A DNA stretch of 64,000 nucleotides. Source: an uncultured Actinomycetota bacterium. Lineage in GTDB: Bacteria; Actinomycetota; Actinomycetes; Actinomycetales; Dermatophilaceae. The stretch covers positions 628-64,627 of the forward strand of contig CAWJME010000004.1 of the NCBI GenBank assembly GCA_963843895.1. Reading direction: 5' to 3'. A model generated the notes under the pieces. The model was not told the DNA's origin, did not search any database, and saw only the letters and a list, made by a program, of their open reading frames with translations. Position numbers and translations under genes: made by a program. Every line of letters begins with the position of its first letter. Position 1 is the first letter of the stretch. Of this stretch, positions 1 through 9,761 are shown piece after piece.

Positions 1-392
1 CGCCCTCGCGGCTGCTCATCGCCCACGCCGACGACCACGCCGACGAGCCGCCGGCCCCGCAGGAGGTCGCGACGGCCACCACCGAGTCGATCCCGCTGTC
101 CGCCGTCAAGGGCGTCATGCTCACCCACGTCGTCGAGGACCCCGAGAGCTACGTCCCGGGATCGCTCGGTCGTGAGGTGACGCTCACCCTCGGCTGGGGC
201 ACGGTGGCCCGCCTCGACCTCGTCCCCGCCTCGTGCAGCGACCCCGACTGCGACGCCGACCACGGCTACGAGGGCACCGTGACGGGCGACGACATCGCCC
301 TGCGCATCTCCGCAGCCGCCGACGGCGAGGACAAGCTGGCGGGCGCGCTGGGCTTCGCGCGCGACCTCTCCGCCGCCATCGGCAAGGGCTGA
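1..392 (+). CDS. conserved actinobacterial hypothetical protein (DUF5998-like), 5' end cut by window edge
   Basis: Frame 3 is open from nt 3 to the TGA at 390-392; track ORF 117..392 is its C-terminal part. Its stop abuts the GTG of the next gene. The family name is recalled from the usual neighbourhood upstream of phosphodiesterase and tdk. Confidence 0.5.
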   Translation, partial: PSRLLIAHADDHADEPPAPQEVATATTESIPLSAVKGVMLTHVVEDPESYVPGSLGREVTLTLGWGTVARLDLVPASCSDPDCDADHGYEGTVTGDDIALRISAAADGEDKLAGALGFARDLSAAIGKG

Positions 393-393
393 G

Positions 394-1545
394 GTGCCGC
401 AGCCCGTCGCCCCCGACTACGCGGCCGGCAGCCTCGCCGACGTCCTCCCGAGCGTCTGCGCGAGCCTCGGCGTGCCCTCGCCCTCCGGGGAGCGGACCTG
501 GGCCGGGCGGCTCGCCCTGCCGGAGGCGCGACGCGGTGTCGTCGTGCTCGTCGACGGGCTCGGGGCGGACCAGCTGGCACGCCGGCTCGGCCACGCACCG
601 TGGCTGCGGGCGCACGCGGCCGGGACCCGCACCGTCCCGGCCGGCTTCCCGGCGACCACGGCGACCTCGATGGGGAGCTTCGGCACCGGTACGCCCCCGG
701 GAGCCCACGGCATGCTCGGGTACGAGGTGCTCGTCCCGGGGGAGGACCGGGTCTTCAACGAGCTGTCCTGGGAGGACGGTCCCGTGCCCGAGCTGTGGCA
801 GCCCGGGACGACCTGGTTCGAGCGGGCGGTCGCGGCCGGGCTCGAGGTGGTGCGGATCGGGCCCGGGTTCTTCGACGGGTCCGGGCTGACCCGGGCGGCG
901 CTGCGCGGGGGCCGCTTCACCGCCGCGGACACCCTCTCAGCGCGCGTCGACGTCGCGCTGCAGGCGGTCCGCTCGTCCCCGCGGGCGCTCGTCTACCTCT
1001 ACTGGGGCGAGGTCGACAAGCTCGGCCACGTCCACGGCCCCGAGTCCTTCGAGTGGACCGAGGAGGTGGAGTCGGTCGACCGCGAGCTCGCGCGGCTCGC
1101 AGCGGGGCTGCCCGCGGACGCCTCGCTGACCGTCACCGCGGACCACGGCATGGTCGCCTGCCCGCACGAGACGCGGGTCGACGTGGCCGACGAGCCGTCG
1201 TTGCGGGCGGGGGTCCACCTCCTCGGGGGCGAGCCGCGTGCCACCCACGTGTACTGCCGCCCGGGTGCCGCCGCCGACGTCGCCGCGGCGTGGTCCGCGC
1301 GGTTCGGGGACCGGGCCTGGGTGCGCACCCGGGAGCAGGCGGTCGCCGCGGGCTGGTTCGGCCCGGTGGCGCCGGTCAACCTCGACCGGATCGGCGACGT
1401 CGTCGTCGCCGCGGCCGACGACCTGGCCGTCGTCGACTCGTCACGGATGCGGCCCCAGCTGCTCGCGCTCGTCGGGATGCACGGCTCGCTGAGCAGCGAG
1501 GAGCTCGACGTGCCGGTCGTCCACGTCCCCGCGCGCGTCGCCTAG
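394..1545 (+). CDS. alkaline-phosphatase-superfamily nucleotide pyrophosphatase/phosphodiesterase
   Basis: Track ORF 394..1545. Motifs VVLVDGLGADQL, TTATSMGSFGTG and TADHGM are typical of type I phosphodiesterase/nucleotide pyrophosphatase. Confidence 0.8.
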   Translation: MPQPVAPDYAAGSLADVLPSVCASLGVPSPSGERTWAGRLALPEARRGVVVLVDGLGADQLARRLGHAPWLRAHAAGTRTVPAGFPATTATSMGSFGTGTPPGAHGMLGYEVLVPGEDRVFNELSWEDGPVPELWQPGTTWFERAVAAGLEVVRIGPGFFDGSGLTRAALRGGRFTAADTLSARVDVALQAVRSSPRALVYLYWGEVDKLGHVHGPESFEWTEEVESVDRELARLAAGLPADASLTVTADHGMVACPHETRVDVADEPSLRAGVHLLGGEPRATHVYCRPGAAADVAAAWSARFGDRAWVRTREQAVAAGWFGPVAPVNLDRIGDVVVAAADDLAVVDSSRMRPQLLALVGMHGSLSSEELDVPVVHVPARVA

Positions 1546-1556
1546 GGTTGGCGCCC

Positions 1557-2231
1557 GTGGCGGATCTGGTCTTCTTCTCGGGAACGATGGACTGCGGCAA
1601 GTCGACCCTTGCCCTGCAGATCGACCACAACCAGCGCGCCCGTGACCGGCAGGGGCTGATCTTCACCAAGCTCGACCGGGCGGGCGAGTCGGTGCTCTCC
1701 TCGCGGCTCGGCCTCGTGACCCCCGCCGTCGAGGTCGACGACGCGCTCGACTTCTGGGACGACGTCGTGGACCGCCTCACCGCGGGGGCGCGGGTCGACT
1801 ACGTCATCTGCGACGAGGCGCAGTTCTACACCCCGCGGCAGGTCGAGCAGCTCGCCCGGATCGTCGACGAGCTCGGGATCGACGTCACCGCGTTCGGGAT
1901 CACCGCCGACTTCCGCACCGAGCTGTTCCCCGGCTCCCGGCGGCTCATCGAGCTCGCCGACCGGGTCGAGGTGCTCCAGGTCGAGGCGCTCTGCTGGTGC
2001 GGCCGGCGGGCGACGCACAACGCCCGCATCGTCGACGGCACCATGGTCGTCGAGGGGGAGCAGGTGGTCGTCGGCGACACCGCGGCGGCGCGCGAGGGGG
2101 TCGTGGAGTACGAGGTGCTGTGCCGTCGGCACCACATGCGCCGGATGAACAGCCACGCCGCCCGGTCGGCGTCGCCGACACCGGACACGCTGCCGTTCGA
2201 CCTGGACGCCTGCCCGGTCCCGCCCCGCTGA
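1557..2231 (+). CDS. tdk: thymidine kinase
   Basis: Last 224 codons of track ORF 600..2231. GTG at 1557 places the P-loop FFSGTMDCGKST at the N-terminus. Also has CDEAQF and the C-terminal CWCG...CRRHH zinc motif. Confidence 0.9.
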   Translation: MADLVFFSGTMDCGKSTLALQIDHNQRARDRQGLIFTKLDRAGESVLSSRLGLVTPAVEVDDALDFWDDVVDRLTAGARVDYVICDEAQFYTPRQVEQLARIVDELGIDVTAFGITADFRTELFPGSRRLIELADRVEVLQVEALCWCGRRATHNARIVDGTMVVEGEQVVVGDTAAAREGVVEYEVLCRRHHMRRMNSHAARSASPTPDTLPFDLDACPVPPR

Positions 2232-2239
2232 GCGAGCGG

Positions 2240-2255
2240 CGCGGGCCGGCCCGCG
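2240..2255. terminator. 16-bp perfect GC palindrome CGCGGGCCGGCCCGCG between convergent tdk and sepH
   Basis: Read directly. Sits in the 26-nt gap between the two stop codons. No U-tail. Confidence 0.35.
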
Positions 2256-2257
2256 GC

Positions 2258-3379
2258 TCAGGCCGGTCCGGAGCCCTTGGTGCCGAAGACGATGTCGTCC
2301 CAGCTGGGCACACTCGGGCGGCCCCGCCGCGACGTGGCGGCGGAGGGCCGTGCCGACTCGTCGACGGAGGCGCGGGCGCTCGTGGTCTCGCGCGCGGGGG
2401 AGGCGACGTCGCGCCGGGAGGAGTCGGTCTCGGGGCGCTGCGGCTCGTCGTCCTCGGGCCACCCGCCGACGAGGGTGCGCGAGCGGCTCGGCCCCTCGAG
2501 GTGCTCCCGGGCCGGCTTGCGGGCGCGCGAGGCCGGGGGCGGACCGGCCTGGGCGGGGTCACCGGCGAGCTCCTCGATGGGGAGGGCGTCGTCGCGCGGG
2601 CGGTCCTCGCCCGGTGTGTGCGTGGGGGAGGACCGGCGCCGGGTCCTCCGCCCGCGGGCGCTGTGCTCGCGCATCGCCGCCATGAGGTCGATCGGCTCGT
2701 GGTCGTCGACCGCGACGGGGGTCGACCGCTCGATGCCGCCGTCGGCGTCGACGTCGTAGACGTCGAGGTCGGTCGACGTGGGGGCCTGGTGCGGGGTGGG
2801 GATGAGCCCGGAGGTGGTCTCCTCGCTGAGCCAGCGCGCCTCGTCGTTCGTCGGGGCCACCGACCCGCCGAGGGGCTCGTAGTGCCACGTCGCGGTGCGG
2901 CGGCGCCCGCCGGCGGCGAAGGTCATCGACAGCTGCCAGACGCCCTCCTCGTCGCGGGCGGAGTCCCACTCGACCTGGTCGCGGTCGACGCCACGGTCGC
3001 GGAGCCGCTCCGAGACCCGCTCGGCGAGGGTGACCGGGGCCGGGCCGCGGGTGCCGACGGCGCACGAGCGGGCGCGCCCGGCGACGTGCTCGCGCTCGGC
3101 GAGGATCGGGCCCTCGAAGCGGCGGACCTTCTCGACCGTCCAGCCCGAGCGGTCGGCGACCTCCTCGGCGGACAGGCCCCGACGGATCAGGGCCTGCACC
3201 TCGCGGGGCCGCATCCCGCCGTCCATCTCGATCTGCAGCTGGCCCAGACGCGGCCGGTCCCGGCGGGCAGCGGCCCGCAGCGGCTCGTCGAGGGAGAGGC
3301 GGAAGCGCCCTCCGTCGGCGTCCGCGAGCAGGAGGTGCTGACCGTCCTCGTGGACGCCGATGAGGCGAAGGTCCTGCAT
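2258..3379 (-). CDS. sepH: septation protein SepH (DUF3071 N-terminal domain plus disordered Arg/Pro-rich tail)
   Basis: Track ORF 2258..3424. ATG at 3379 gives MQDLRLIGVHEDGQHLLLADADGGRFRL...GLSAEEVADRSGWTVEKVRRFEGPILAEREH, the DUF3071/SepH signature as I recall it. Confidence 0.75.
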   Translation of the reverse strand: MQDLRLIGVHEDGQHLLLADADGGRFRLSLDEPLRAAARRDRPRLGQLQIEMDGGMRPREVQALIRRGLSAEEVADRSGWTVEKVRRFEGPILAEREHVAGRARSCAVGTRGPAPVTLAERVSERLRDRGVDRDQVEWDSARDEEGVWQLSMTFAAGGRRRTATWHYEPLGGSVAPTNDEARWLSEETTSGLIPTPHQAPTSTDLDVYDVDADGGIERSTPVAVDDHEPIDLMAAMREHSARGRRTRRRSSPTHTPGEDRPRDDALPIEELAGDPAQAGPPPASRARKPAREHLEGPSRSRTLVGGWPEDDEPQRPETDSSRRDVASPARETTSARASVDESARPSAATSRRGRPSVPSWDDIVFGTKGSGPA

Positions 3380-3486
3380 GTCGGTCTCCCGGGTCGCTCG
3401 TCGTCGCTCCGACGATGCCACCACGCACCGCCCGGATCGTGGAGCCCACGCCGGGTGTGCCGCGATTGCCCGGATAGCGTGGGTCC

Positions 3487-4596
3487 ATGCCCGACGCGCC
3501 CGCAGACCTCGCCCCGTACGACGTCGTCCTCCTCGGCTCCTTCGGGGGCCCCGAGGGCGAGGACGAGGTCATGCCGTTCCTGCGGCGCGTCACCGCCGGG
3601 CGGGGCATCCCCGACGAGCGGCTCGCCGCGGTCGGTGAGCACTACCACGCCCGGGGCGGGCGCAGCCCGATCAACGACCTCAACCGCGACCTGCTGGCCC
3701 GGCTGCGCGCCGAGCTCGAGCGGCGCGGCCTCGAGGTGCCCGTGGTGTGGGGGAACCGCAACTCCGAGCCGTTCTTCGTCGACGCCCTCCACGAGGCCCT
3801 GGACCAGGGCGGGACGCGGGTCGTCAGCCTCTTCACGAGCGCGTACTCGTGCTACTCCTCGTGCCGGCAGTACCGCGAGGACCTCGCGGCCGCGGTCGAC
3901 GAGGTGGGTCCGGCCGGCGACGGGCTCGAGATCGACAAGGTGCGCCAGTACGTCCACCACCCCGGGCTCGGCCGGGCCTGGGTCCGGGCGATGGTCGCCG
4001 CGCTCGGCGGGCTCGAGGACCCCTCCGCGGCACGCGTCCTCTACGTGACGCACTCGATCCCCCTCGCGATGGACGACACCTCCGGCCCGGGCGACGGCGA
4101 GGGCAACCTCTACTCCGACCAGCACGTGCGGCTGGCCCGGCGCCTCGACGAGGCGGTGGGGACCGAGCTCGGCATCGAGCTGAGCGGTGAGCTCGTCTTC
4201 TGCTCGCGCTCGGGACCGCCGAGCCAGCCCTGGCTGGAACCCGATGTCAACCACCGGATCGAGGAGCTCGCGGCGGAGTCGACCTCGGCGCCCGTGGTCG
4301 TCGTCCCCATCGGGTTCGTGTCCGACCACATGGAGGTCGTCCACGACCTCGACACCGAGGCCGCCGAGACCGCGGACCGGGTGGGGGTCCCGTTCGTCCG
4401 GGTCGCGACACCGCACGCCGACCCGGAGTTCGTCGAGGCGCTCGTCGACCTCCTCCTCGAGCGGGCCGCCGAGGCCCGCGGCGAGGTCGTGGTCCCGGCC
4501 ACCTGGCTCGCGGGGGACGTGCGCCCCTCGGTCTGCGCGCCGGGCTGCTGCCCCAACCTGCGCGTCGCCAAGCCCGCGCTGTGCGGGCGCGACTGA
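3487..4596 (+). CDS. hemH: ferrochelatase (coproporphyrin ferrochelatase type, C-terminal Cys cluster)
   Basis: Track ORF. N-terminal YDVVLLGSFGGPEG; HSIP and PIGFVSDHMEVVHDLD motifs; C-terminal CAPGCCPN...C consistent with the actinobacterial [2Fe-2S] extension. Confidence 0.9.
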   Translation: MPDAPADLAPYDVVLLGSFGGPEGEDEVMPFLRRVTAGRGIPDERLAAVGEHYHARGGRSPINDLNRDLLARLRAELERRGLEVPVVWGNRNSEPFFVDALHEALDQGGTRVVSLFTSAYSCYSSCRQYREDLAAAVDEVGPAGDGLEIDKVRQYVHHPGLGRAWVRAMVAALGGLEDPSAARVLYVTHSIPLAMDDTSGPGDGEGNLYSDQHVRLARRLDEAVGTELGIELSGELVFCSRSGPPSQPWLEPDVNHRIEELAAESTSAPVVVVPIGFVSDHMEVVHDLDTEAAETADRVGVPFVRVATPHADPEFVEALVDLLLERAAEARGEVVVPATWLAGDVRPSVCAPGCCPNLRVAKPALCGRD

Positions 4597-5465
4597 TGGC
4601 GGTCCTGCCCGTGCCCGAGGGGGTCGACCCCGCCGACCTCGAGCGCGTCGCGTGCGACGTGGCCCGGGACGCCGGTCGCCTGGTCCTCGACGAGCGGCCC
4701 GCCGATCTCGGGTTCACCGCGAAGTCGTCGCGGACCGACGTCGTCACCGAGATGGACCAGCGCAGCCAGCAGCTGCTCCTGGACCGGCTGGCGGACCTGC
4801 GCCCCGACGACGCCGTGCTCGGCGAGGAGGAGGGGGGCCGCCGGGGGACCAGCGGCGTCACCTGGGTCGTCGACCCCATCGACGGCACGACGAACTACCT
4901 CTACGGGGTGCCCGACTACTCGGTCTCCGTCGCGGCGGTCGTCGGGGACCCCGGGCTGCCGGGGGAGTGGCAGGCGGTCGCCGCGGCCGTGTTCAACCCG
5001 CCGAGCGGTGAGCTCTTCCACGCCCACCGGGGAGGTGGTGCCCGCCTGAGCACCCCGGCGGGGTCCCACACCCTGCGCGTGAACGCCACGGACGACCTCG
5101 GGCTCTCGCTCGTCGGCACCGGCTTCGGGTACGCGGCCGAGGTGCGCGAGCGCCAGGCCCGGCTGCTCGTCGAGCTGCTGCCCCGGATCCGCGACCTGCG
5201 CCGCCACGGCAGCGCGGCGCTCGACCTCTGCGCCGTGGCCTGCGGCCGCCTCGACGCCTACTACGAGACCGGGCTCCACCCCTGGGACCGCGCGGCCGGT
5301 GAGCTCGTCGCCACCGAGGCCGGTGCGGTCCTCGGAGGGCCGGTCGACGACGTGCCCACGCGCGACCTCACCTGGGCCGCCGCGCCGGGGGTCGCGCAGG
5401 CGCTGTCCGCGCTGGTCAGGGAGCTGACGGCACGGCTCGTCGGCTCCGTCGGCGACCCCCGCTGA
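4596..5465 (+). CDS. suhB: inositol monophosphatase family protein (SuhB/ImpA-like)
   Basis: Track ORF 4581..5465. ATG at 4596 overlaps the hemH TGA by 1 nt (TGATG). Motifs EEE..., WVVDPIDGTTNY and WD. The symbol rests only on family and neighbourhood. Confidence 0.75.
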   Translation: MAVLPVPEGVDPADLERVACDVARDAGRLVLDERPADLGFTAKSSRTDVVTEMDQRSQQLLLDRLADLRPDDAVLGEEEGGRRGTSGVTWVVDPIDGTTNYLYGVPDYSVSVAAVVGDPGLPGEWQAVAAAVFNPPSGELFHAHRGGGARLSTPAGSHTLRVNATDDLGLSLVGTGFGYAAEVRERQARLLVELLPRIRDLRRHGSAALDLCAVACGRLDAYYETGLHPWDRAAGELVATEAGAVLGGPVDDVPTRDLTWAAAPGVAQALSALVRELTARLVGSVGDPR

Positions 5466-5626
5466 GCCCCCGGCGCGGCCGCCCGCGGTCGCGGCGTGGA
5501 CCCGTGTGGCAGGGCCTCCCCACCATGGTGCACAATCTGGCGCGCACGTCGGTCGCTCGGGGCACAAACTCGGCCCCCCGTGCGTTGTCAGGGCCGATCA
5601 GCACGATGAAGGGTGGACGAGCAACG

Positions 5627-5926
5627 ATGGCAACCGACTACGACGCACCGCGCAAGACCGACGACGAGCTGTCCGAGGACTCCATCGAGGAGCTGAAGAA
5701 CCGCCGCGTGGACAAGACCACCTCGAGCGTGGACGTCGACGAGACCGAGCAGGCCGAGGGCTTCGAGCTCCCGGGCGCAGACCTCTCCGGCGAGGAGCTC
5801 TCGGTGCGCGTGCTCCCGCGCCAGGCCGACGAGTTCACGTGCTCGCGCTGCTTCCTCGTGCACCACCGCAGCCAGCTCGCGAGCGAGAAGGGCGGCGTCC
5901 TCGTGTGCCGGGAGTGCGCCGCCTGA
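5627..5926 (+). CDS. DUF4193 family protein (small acidic protein with C-terminal CxxC...CxxC)
   Basis: ATG 5627 is preceded by GAAGGGTGGA. Sequence MATDYDAPRKTDDELSEDSIEELK...FTCSRCFLVHHRSQL...LVCRECAA. Confidence 0.8.
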   Translation: MATDYDAPRKTDDELSEDSIEELKNRRVDKTTSSVDVDETEQAEGFELPGADLSGEELSVRVLPRQADEFTCSRCFLVHHRSQLASEKGGVLVCRECAA

Positions 5927-5946
5927 CCGGCGGTGTCGGCCTACCC

Positions 5947-6417
5947 GTGAGCTCCGCGCACCGCGTCCCCGTCGCCGTCCGGCGGCTCCACGCGGACGCC
6001 GTCCTCCCGCGGTACAGCACCGAGGGCGACGCCGGCGCGGACCTCACGAGCGTCGCCGAGGTGACGCTCCCGCCGGGCGCCCGGGCCCTGGTCCCCACCG
6101 GCCTCGCCCTCGCCCTGCCGCCCGGGACCGTCGGGCTCGTGCACCCGCGGTCCGGGCTCGCCGCCCGCCACGGCGTGAGCATCGTCAACGCCCCCGGAAC
6201 CGTCGACTCCGGGTACCGCGGCGAGGTCCTCGTCAACCTCGTCAACCTCGACCCCACCGAGCCCTTCACGGTGCGGGTCGGCGACCGCATCGCCCAGCTC
6301 GTCGTCCAGGAGTACCTGCACGGCGACTTCACCGAGGCCGATTCGCTTCCCGACAGCGCCCGGGGGGACACTGGCCACGGGTCCACCGGGGGCTTCGGCC
6401 CCGTCGCACGTCGGTGA
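5947..6417 (+). CDS. dut: dUTP diphosphatase
   Basis: GTG 5947 in the frame of track ORF 5506..6417. Motifs AGADL, RSGLA, GVSIVNAPGTVDSGYRGE, RIAQLV and GFGSTG-like GHGSTGGF. Confidence 0.9.
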   Translation: MSSAHRVPVAVRRLHADAVLPRYSTEGDAGADLTSVAEVTLPPGARALVPTGLALALPPGTVGLVHPRSGLAARHGVSIVNAPGTVDSGYRGEVLVNLVNLDPTEPFTVRVGDRIAQLVVQEYLHGDFTEADSLPDSARGDTGHGSTGGFGPVARR

Positions 6418-6454
6418 CCCGCTCGACCCCCCGACACCCGAGGACGACACCGCA

Positions 6455-7219
6455 GTGAGCATCTTCCGCAGGAACAAGGGCGCCGAGGCCGCCCCCGAGG
6501 CCACCGAGCCCACGACCGGGGCCTCCGAGGACGCCGCCGAGACCGCTGCCGAGACCGCCGCCGCCGAGGGCGGCCCGGGCGCGGAGCCGGTGGCCCGTGA
6601 GGGCGGGCCGTTCGACGTCGCCGAGGTGGAGGGCCGCGACGGCCGCATCGACCTCGGAGCCCTGTGGGTCCGCGGCGTGCCCGGGATGGAGCTGCGCCTC
6701 GAGGTCGAGCAGGAGACCCAGCAGGTCAACGCCGCGACCGCCGTGCTCGGCGAGTCCGCCCTCCAGCTCCAGGCCTTCGCCGCGCCCCGCTCCGGTGGCG
6801 TGTGGACCGAGATCCGCCGCGAGATCGCGATGGCGGTCGAGAAGCAGGGCGGGACGGTCGAGGAGAGCGACACGGCCTTCGGCACCCAGCTCCGCACCCG
6901 CATGCCCTCGGTCGGCCCGGACGGCCGCACGGTCTTCGCCCCCGCCACCTTCGTCGGCGTCGACGGGCCGCGCTGGTTCCTGCGCGCCGTCGTCTCCGGG
7001 CGCGCCGCCATCGACGAGGCCGCCGCCGAGGAGCTGCTCGAGGTGCTCCGCGACGTCGTCGTCGTCCGTGGGGTCGAGCCGATGGCGCCGCGCGAGCTGC
7101 TGCCCCTCCAGCTGCCCCAGGACGCCCGCACCGAGAGTGGCGAGGCCGACGAGGCGGAGCCCGACGACGGCGACCTCGGCCCGTTCGAGCGTGGTCCCGA
7201 GATCACCGAGATCCGCTGA
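6455..7219 (+). CDS. DUF3710 domain protein
   Basis: Track ORF. GPFDVAEV...DLGALWVRG...LQLQAFAAPRSGGVWTEIRREI...GPRWFLRAVVSG. Conserved partner of dut in actinobacteria (recall). Confidence 0.75.
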   Translation: MSIFRRNKGAEAAPEATEPTTGASEDAAETAAETAAAEGGPGAEPVAREGGPFDVAEVEGRDGRIDLGALWVRGVPGMELRLEVEQETQQVNAATAVLGESALQLQAFAAPRSGGVWTEIRREIAMAVEKQGGTVEESDTAFGTQLRTRMPSVGPDGRTVFAPATFVGVDGPRWFLRAVVSGRAAIDEAAAEELLEVLRDVVVVRGVEPMAPRELLPLQLPQDARTESGEADEAEPDDGDLGPFERGPEITEIR

Positions 7220-7578
7220 TGGGCGTCCGCTCGCGGCTGCACGACCTCACCCGCACCCCGCTCGAGCAGGACGCCGACGAGCTGCACCGGCAGAGCGTCG
7301 TCGAGGGCGGCGACGACCTCCGGGCGCTGGCCCCCCGGCACCCCGCGTGCGTGTGCGGCACGGTCCGCACCGTGACCCTCCCGCCTCGGAGCAGCGTCCC
7401 CGCGCTCGTCGCGGAGGTCTGGGACGGCAAGGGCTCGGTCAACCTCATCTGGGTCGGCCGTCGCGCGATCGGCGGCATCGAGCCCGGCACGTTCGTGCGC
7501 GCGCGCGGCCGGGTCGCGACCTTCAAGGGCGTCCCGACGATCTTCAACCCCGCCTACGAGATCCTCCCGAAGCAGTGA
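7219..7578 (+). CDS. OB-fold nucleic-acid-binding domain protein
   Basis: ATG 7219 overlaps the upstream TGA (TGATG). C-terminal part of track ORF 6664..7578. VCGTVRTV...VWDGKGSVNLIWVGRRAIGGIEPGTFVRARGRV. Confidence 0.7.
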   Translation: MGVRSRLHDLTRTPLEQDADELHRQSVVEGGDDLRALAPRHPACVCGTVRTVTLPPRSSVPALVAEVWDGKGSVNLIWVGRRAIGGIEPGTFVRARGRVATFKGVPTIFNPAYEILPKQ

Positions 7579-8282
7579 CGGCCGACGAGCGCGCCCCCGA
7601 GGCCCCCACCGCCGAGACCGTCGAGGCGCTGATCCGCCATCGGCTCTCGACCGCCCTCGGCGGGTGGCGCGGCTCGGTCGAGACGGCCCTGCCGACCGTC
7701 GTCTTCGTCGGCGTCTGGTCGGCCACCGGCCACGACGTGCGGACCGCGGCCATCGCGGCGATCGGCGTCGCCCTCGTCCTCGCGGTGGTGCGGGTGCTGC
7801 AGCGCTCCTCGCTCCAGCACGTGCTCGGGGCGCTCGTCGCCACGGCCGTCGCCGCGTTCTTCGCGCTGCGTTCGGGCGAGGCGCAGGACGCCTTCCTCCC
7901 CGGCATCCTCACGAGCGCCGGGTTCTTCGTCGGCACGGTCATCTCGGTCCTCGTCGGGTGGCCGGTCGTCGGCTTCATCGTCGGCGCGGGGGACCCGCGG
8001 GCCCAGGAGGACCCGTTCGGGTGGCGTCGTGACCGCGGGATGGTCCGCGTCTGCGCCCGGCTCACCTGGGTCCTCGTCGGGCTGTACGTCGTGCGGCTCG
8101 TCATCATGGTGCCGCTCTACCTCGGGGCGCAGGTCGAGCTCCTCGCGGTCGCGAAGATCGTCCTCGGGTGGCCGCTCTACGTCGGCGCCCTCGCGGTCAT
8201 GGCCTGGATGCTCGTGTCCGGGCACACGCCGCTGGAGCCGGGCGAGGGCCCCGGCGCCGACGACGGCGCGCACCACCCCTGA
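7575..8282 (+). CDS. DUF3159 integral membrane protein
   Basis: GTG 7575 overlaps the upstream TGA (GTGA). C-terminal part of track ORF 6597..8282. Several hydrophobic helices. Confidence 0.7.
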   Translation: MTADERAPEAPTAETVEALIRHRLSTALGGWRGSVETALPTVVFVGVWSATGHDVRTAAIAAIGVALVLAVVRVLQRSSLQHVLGALVATAVAAFFALRSGEAQDAFLPGILTSAGFFVGTVISVLVGWPVVGFIVGAGDPRAQEDPFGWRRDRGMVRVCARLTWVLVGLYVVRLVIMVPLYLGAQVELLAVAKIVLGWPLYVGALAVMAWMLVSGHTPLEPGEGPGADDGAHHP

Positions 8283-8296
8283 CGGAGCCGCGGGCG

Positions 8297-8989
8297 TCAG
8301 CCCTCGTCGTCGTCCTCGCGCTTGTGGCGCTGGCCGGGGGAGAGCAGCGACTCCAGCTCCGCCTCCGCCTCGGGCGTCGTGACGAAGAGCAGCTCGTCGA
8401 GGGGCTCGAGGGCGTCGTCGCGGCTCGGGGCGATGGGCGCGCCGTCGCGGATGATGCCGGTGAGCACGGTGTCGCCGGGGAACGGCACGTCACCGACCCG
8501 CGACCCGGCGTAGGGGCTGCCGACCGGCAGGGTCATCTCGACCATCATCGCCCGGCCCTGCTGGAACTCGAAGATGCGCACGAGGTCGCCGACGCTCACG
8601 GCCTCCTCGACGAGGGCGGTCATGAGCCGGGGCGTGGACACCGCGACGTCGACCCCCCACGCCTCGTCGAACATCCACTCGTTCTTCGGGTTGTTGACGC
8701 GCGCGACGGTGCGGGGCACCCCGAACTCGGTCTTCGCGAGGAGCGAGAGGACGAGGTTGACCTTGTCGTCGCCGGTGGCCGCGACGACGACGTCACAGTC
8801 GGCGAGCCCGGCCTCGGAGAGCGCCTCGATCTCGCACGCGTCGGCCTGGAGCCAGCTCGCGTCCGGGACCTTGTTGACCCGCTCGCCGTCGGCGTCGCGG
8901 TCGACGAGGAGCACGTGGTGGCCGTTGCGGATCAGCTCCCGGGCGATGGAGCGCCCGACGCTTCCGGCTCCGGCGATGACGACGCGCAT
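8297..8989 (-). CDS. trkA: TrkA-family potassium uptake protein (RCK/NAD-binding)
   Basis: Track ORF. MRVVIAGAGSVGRSIAREL Rossmann motif plus a C-terminal TrkA_C-like domain. Confidence 0.85.
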   Translation of the reverse strand: MRVVIAGAGSVGRSIARELIRNGHHVLLVDRDADGERVNKVPDASWLQADACEIEALSEAGLADCDVVVAATGDDKVNLVLSLLAKTEFGVPRTVARVNNPKNEWMFDEAWGVDVAVSTPRLMTALVEEAVSVGDLVRIFEFQQGRAMMVEMTLPVGSPYAGSRVGDVPFPGDTVLTGIIRDGAPIAPSRDDALEPLDELLFVTTPEAEAELESLLSPGQRHKREDDDEG

Positions 8990-9009
8990 GCAGGTGGGCC
9001 TTTCGGGGG

Positions 9010-9696
9010 TCAGTGGGCGGGGGGCGGCGCGTCGAGGACGCGTTCGGCGCCGGCGAGGTCGTCCCTCAGGAGGGCGAGGTGGACGAGGTCACCCTCCTGG
9101 TAGACGGTGTCCGCATCCGGGAGGAAGGCGTCGCCGAGCCGGGTCACGTAGGCCAGCCGGCCCGACGTCGCCGCCTCGATCTCGGTGAGCCGGTGGCCGA
9201 TCCACTGCGCGGTGACCGGCATCTCGGCGATGACGACGCGGCCCGAGGGGTCGGAGTACTCGGGGACGTGTCCCTGGGGGAGCAGCCGGCGGAGCATCTG
9301 GTCGCTGGTCCACTTGACCGTGGCGACGGTGGGGATGCCGAGGCGCTGGTAGATCTCCGCGCGGCCTGGGTCGTAGATGCGGGCGACGACGTTCTCGACG
9401 CCGAACTTCTCGCGCGCGACCCGCGCCGCGAGGATGTTCGAGTTGTCGCCGCTGGAGACCGCCGCGAAGGCGTAGGCGTCCTCGATGCCGGCCGCCCGGA
9501 GGCAGTCCCGGTCGAACCCGACGCCGGTGACCGTGCGGCCCTCGAAGGAGGTGCCCAGCCGTCGGAAGGCCGCCTCGTCCTGGTCGACGACGGCCACCTC
9601 GTGGCCGGCGCGCTCGATGGCGCGGGCGAGCGAGGCGCCGACCCGGCCGCAGCCCATGATGACGAAGTGCACGACGCCGACGCTACTACGCGCCAC
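9010..9696 (-). CDS. trkA: TrkA-family potassium uptake protein (RCK/NAD-binding)
   Basis: Track ORF. HFVIMGCGRVGASLARAIE Rossmann motif. The true start may be the GTG at 9672. Confidence 0.85.
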   Translation of the reverse strand: MARSSVGVVHFVIMGCGRVGASLARAIERAGHEVAVVDQDEAAFRRLGTSFEGRTVTGVGFDRDCLRAAGIEDAYAFAAVSSGDNSNILAARVAREKFGVENVVARIYDPGRAEIYQRLGIPTVATVKWTSDQMLRRLLPQGHVPEYSDPSGRVVIAEMPVTAQWIGHRLTEIEAATSGRLAYVTRLGDAFLPDADTVYQEGDLVHLALLRDDLAGAERVLDAPPPAH

Positions 9697-9761
9697 CTCG
9701 CCCCGAGCCGGTGTCCGGGACGTGCACCCCTTCGGGGGTCCGTCTGCCTACAGTTGTCCTC

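Noticed and set aside
600-2231. N-terminally extended versions of tdk (600), dut (5506), cysH (17146), fadB (25742), hemE (29091), DUF4349 (33991), DUF3000 (30057) and MCO subunit A (59096) as listed in the track
   Set aside because: The extensions overlap upstream genes in other frames and are Arg/Pro-rich. Internal starts with an RBS or with stop-start overlaps give N-termini that match the families.
5466-5626. Possible promoter (TGGTGCACAATCT) upstream of the DUF4193 gene
   Set aside because: It is a single -10-like hexamer with no convincing -35 and no way to score it here.
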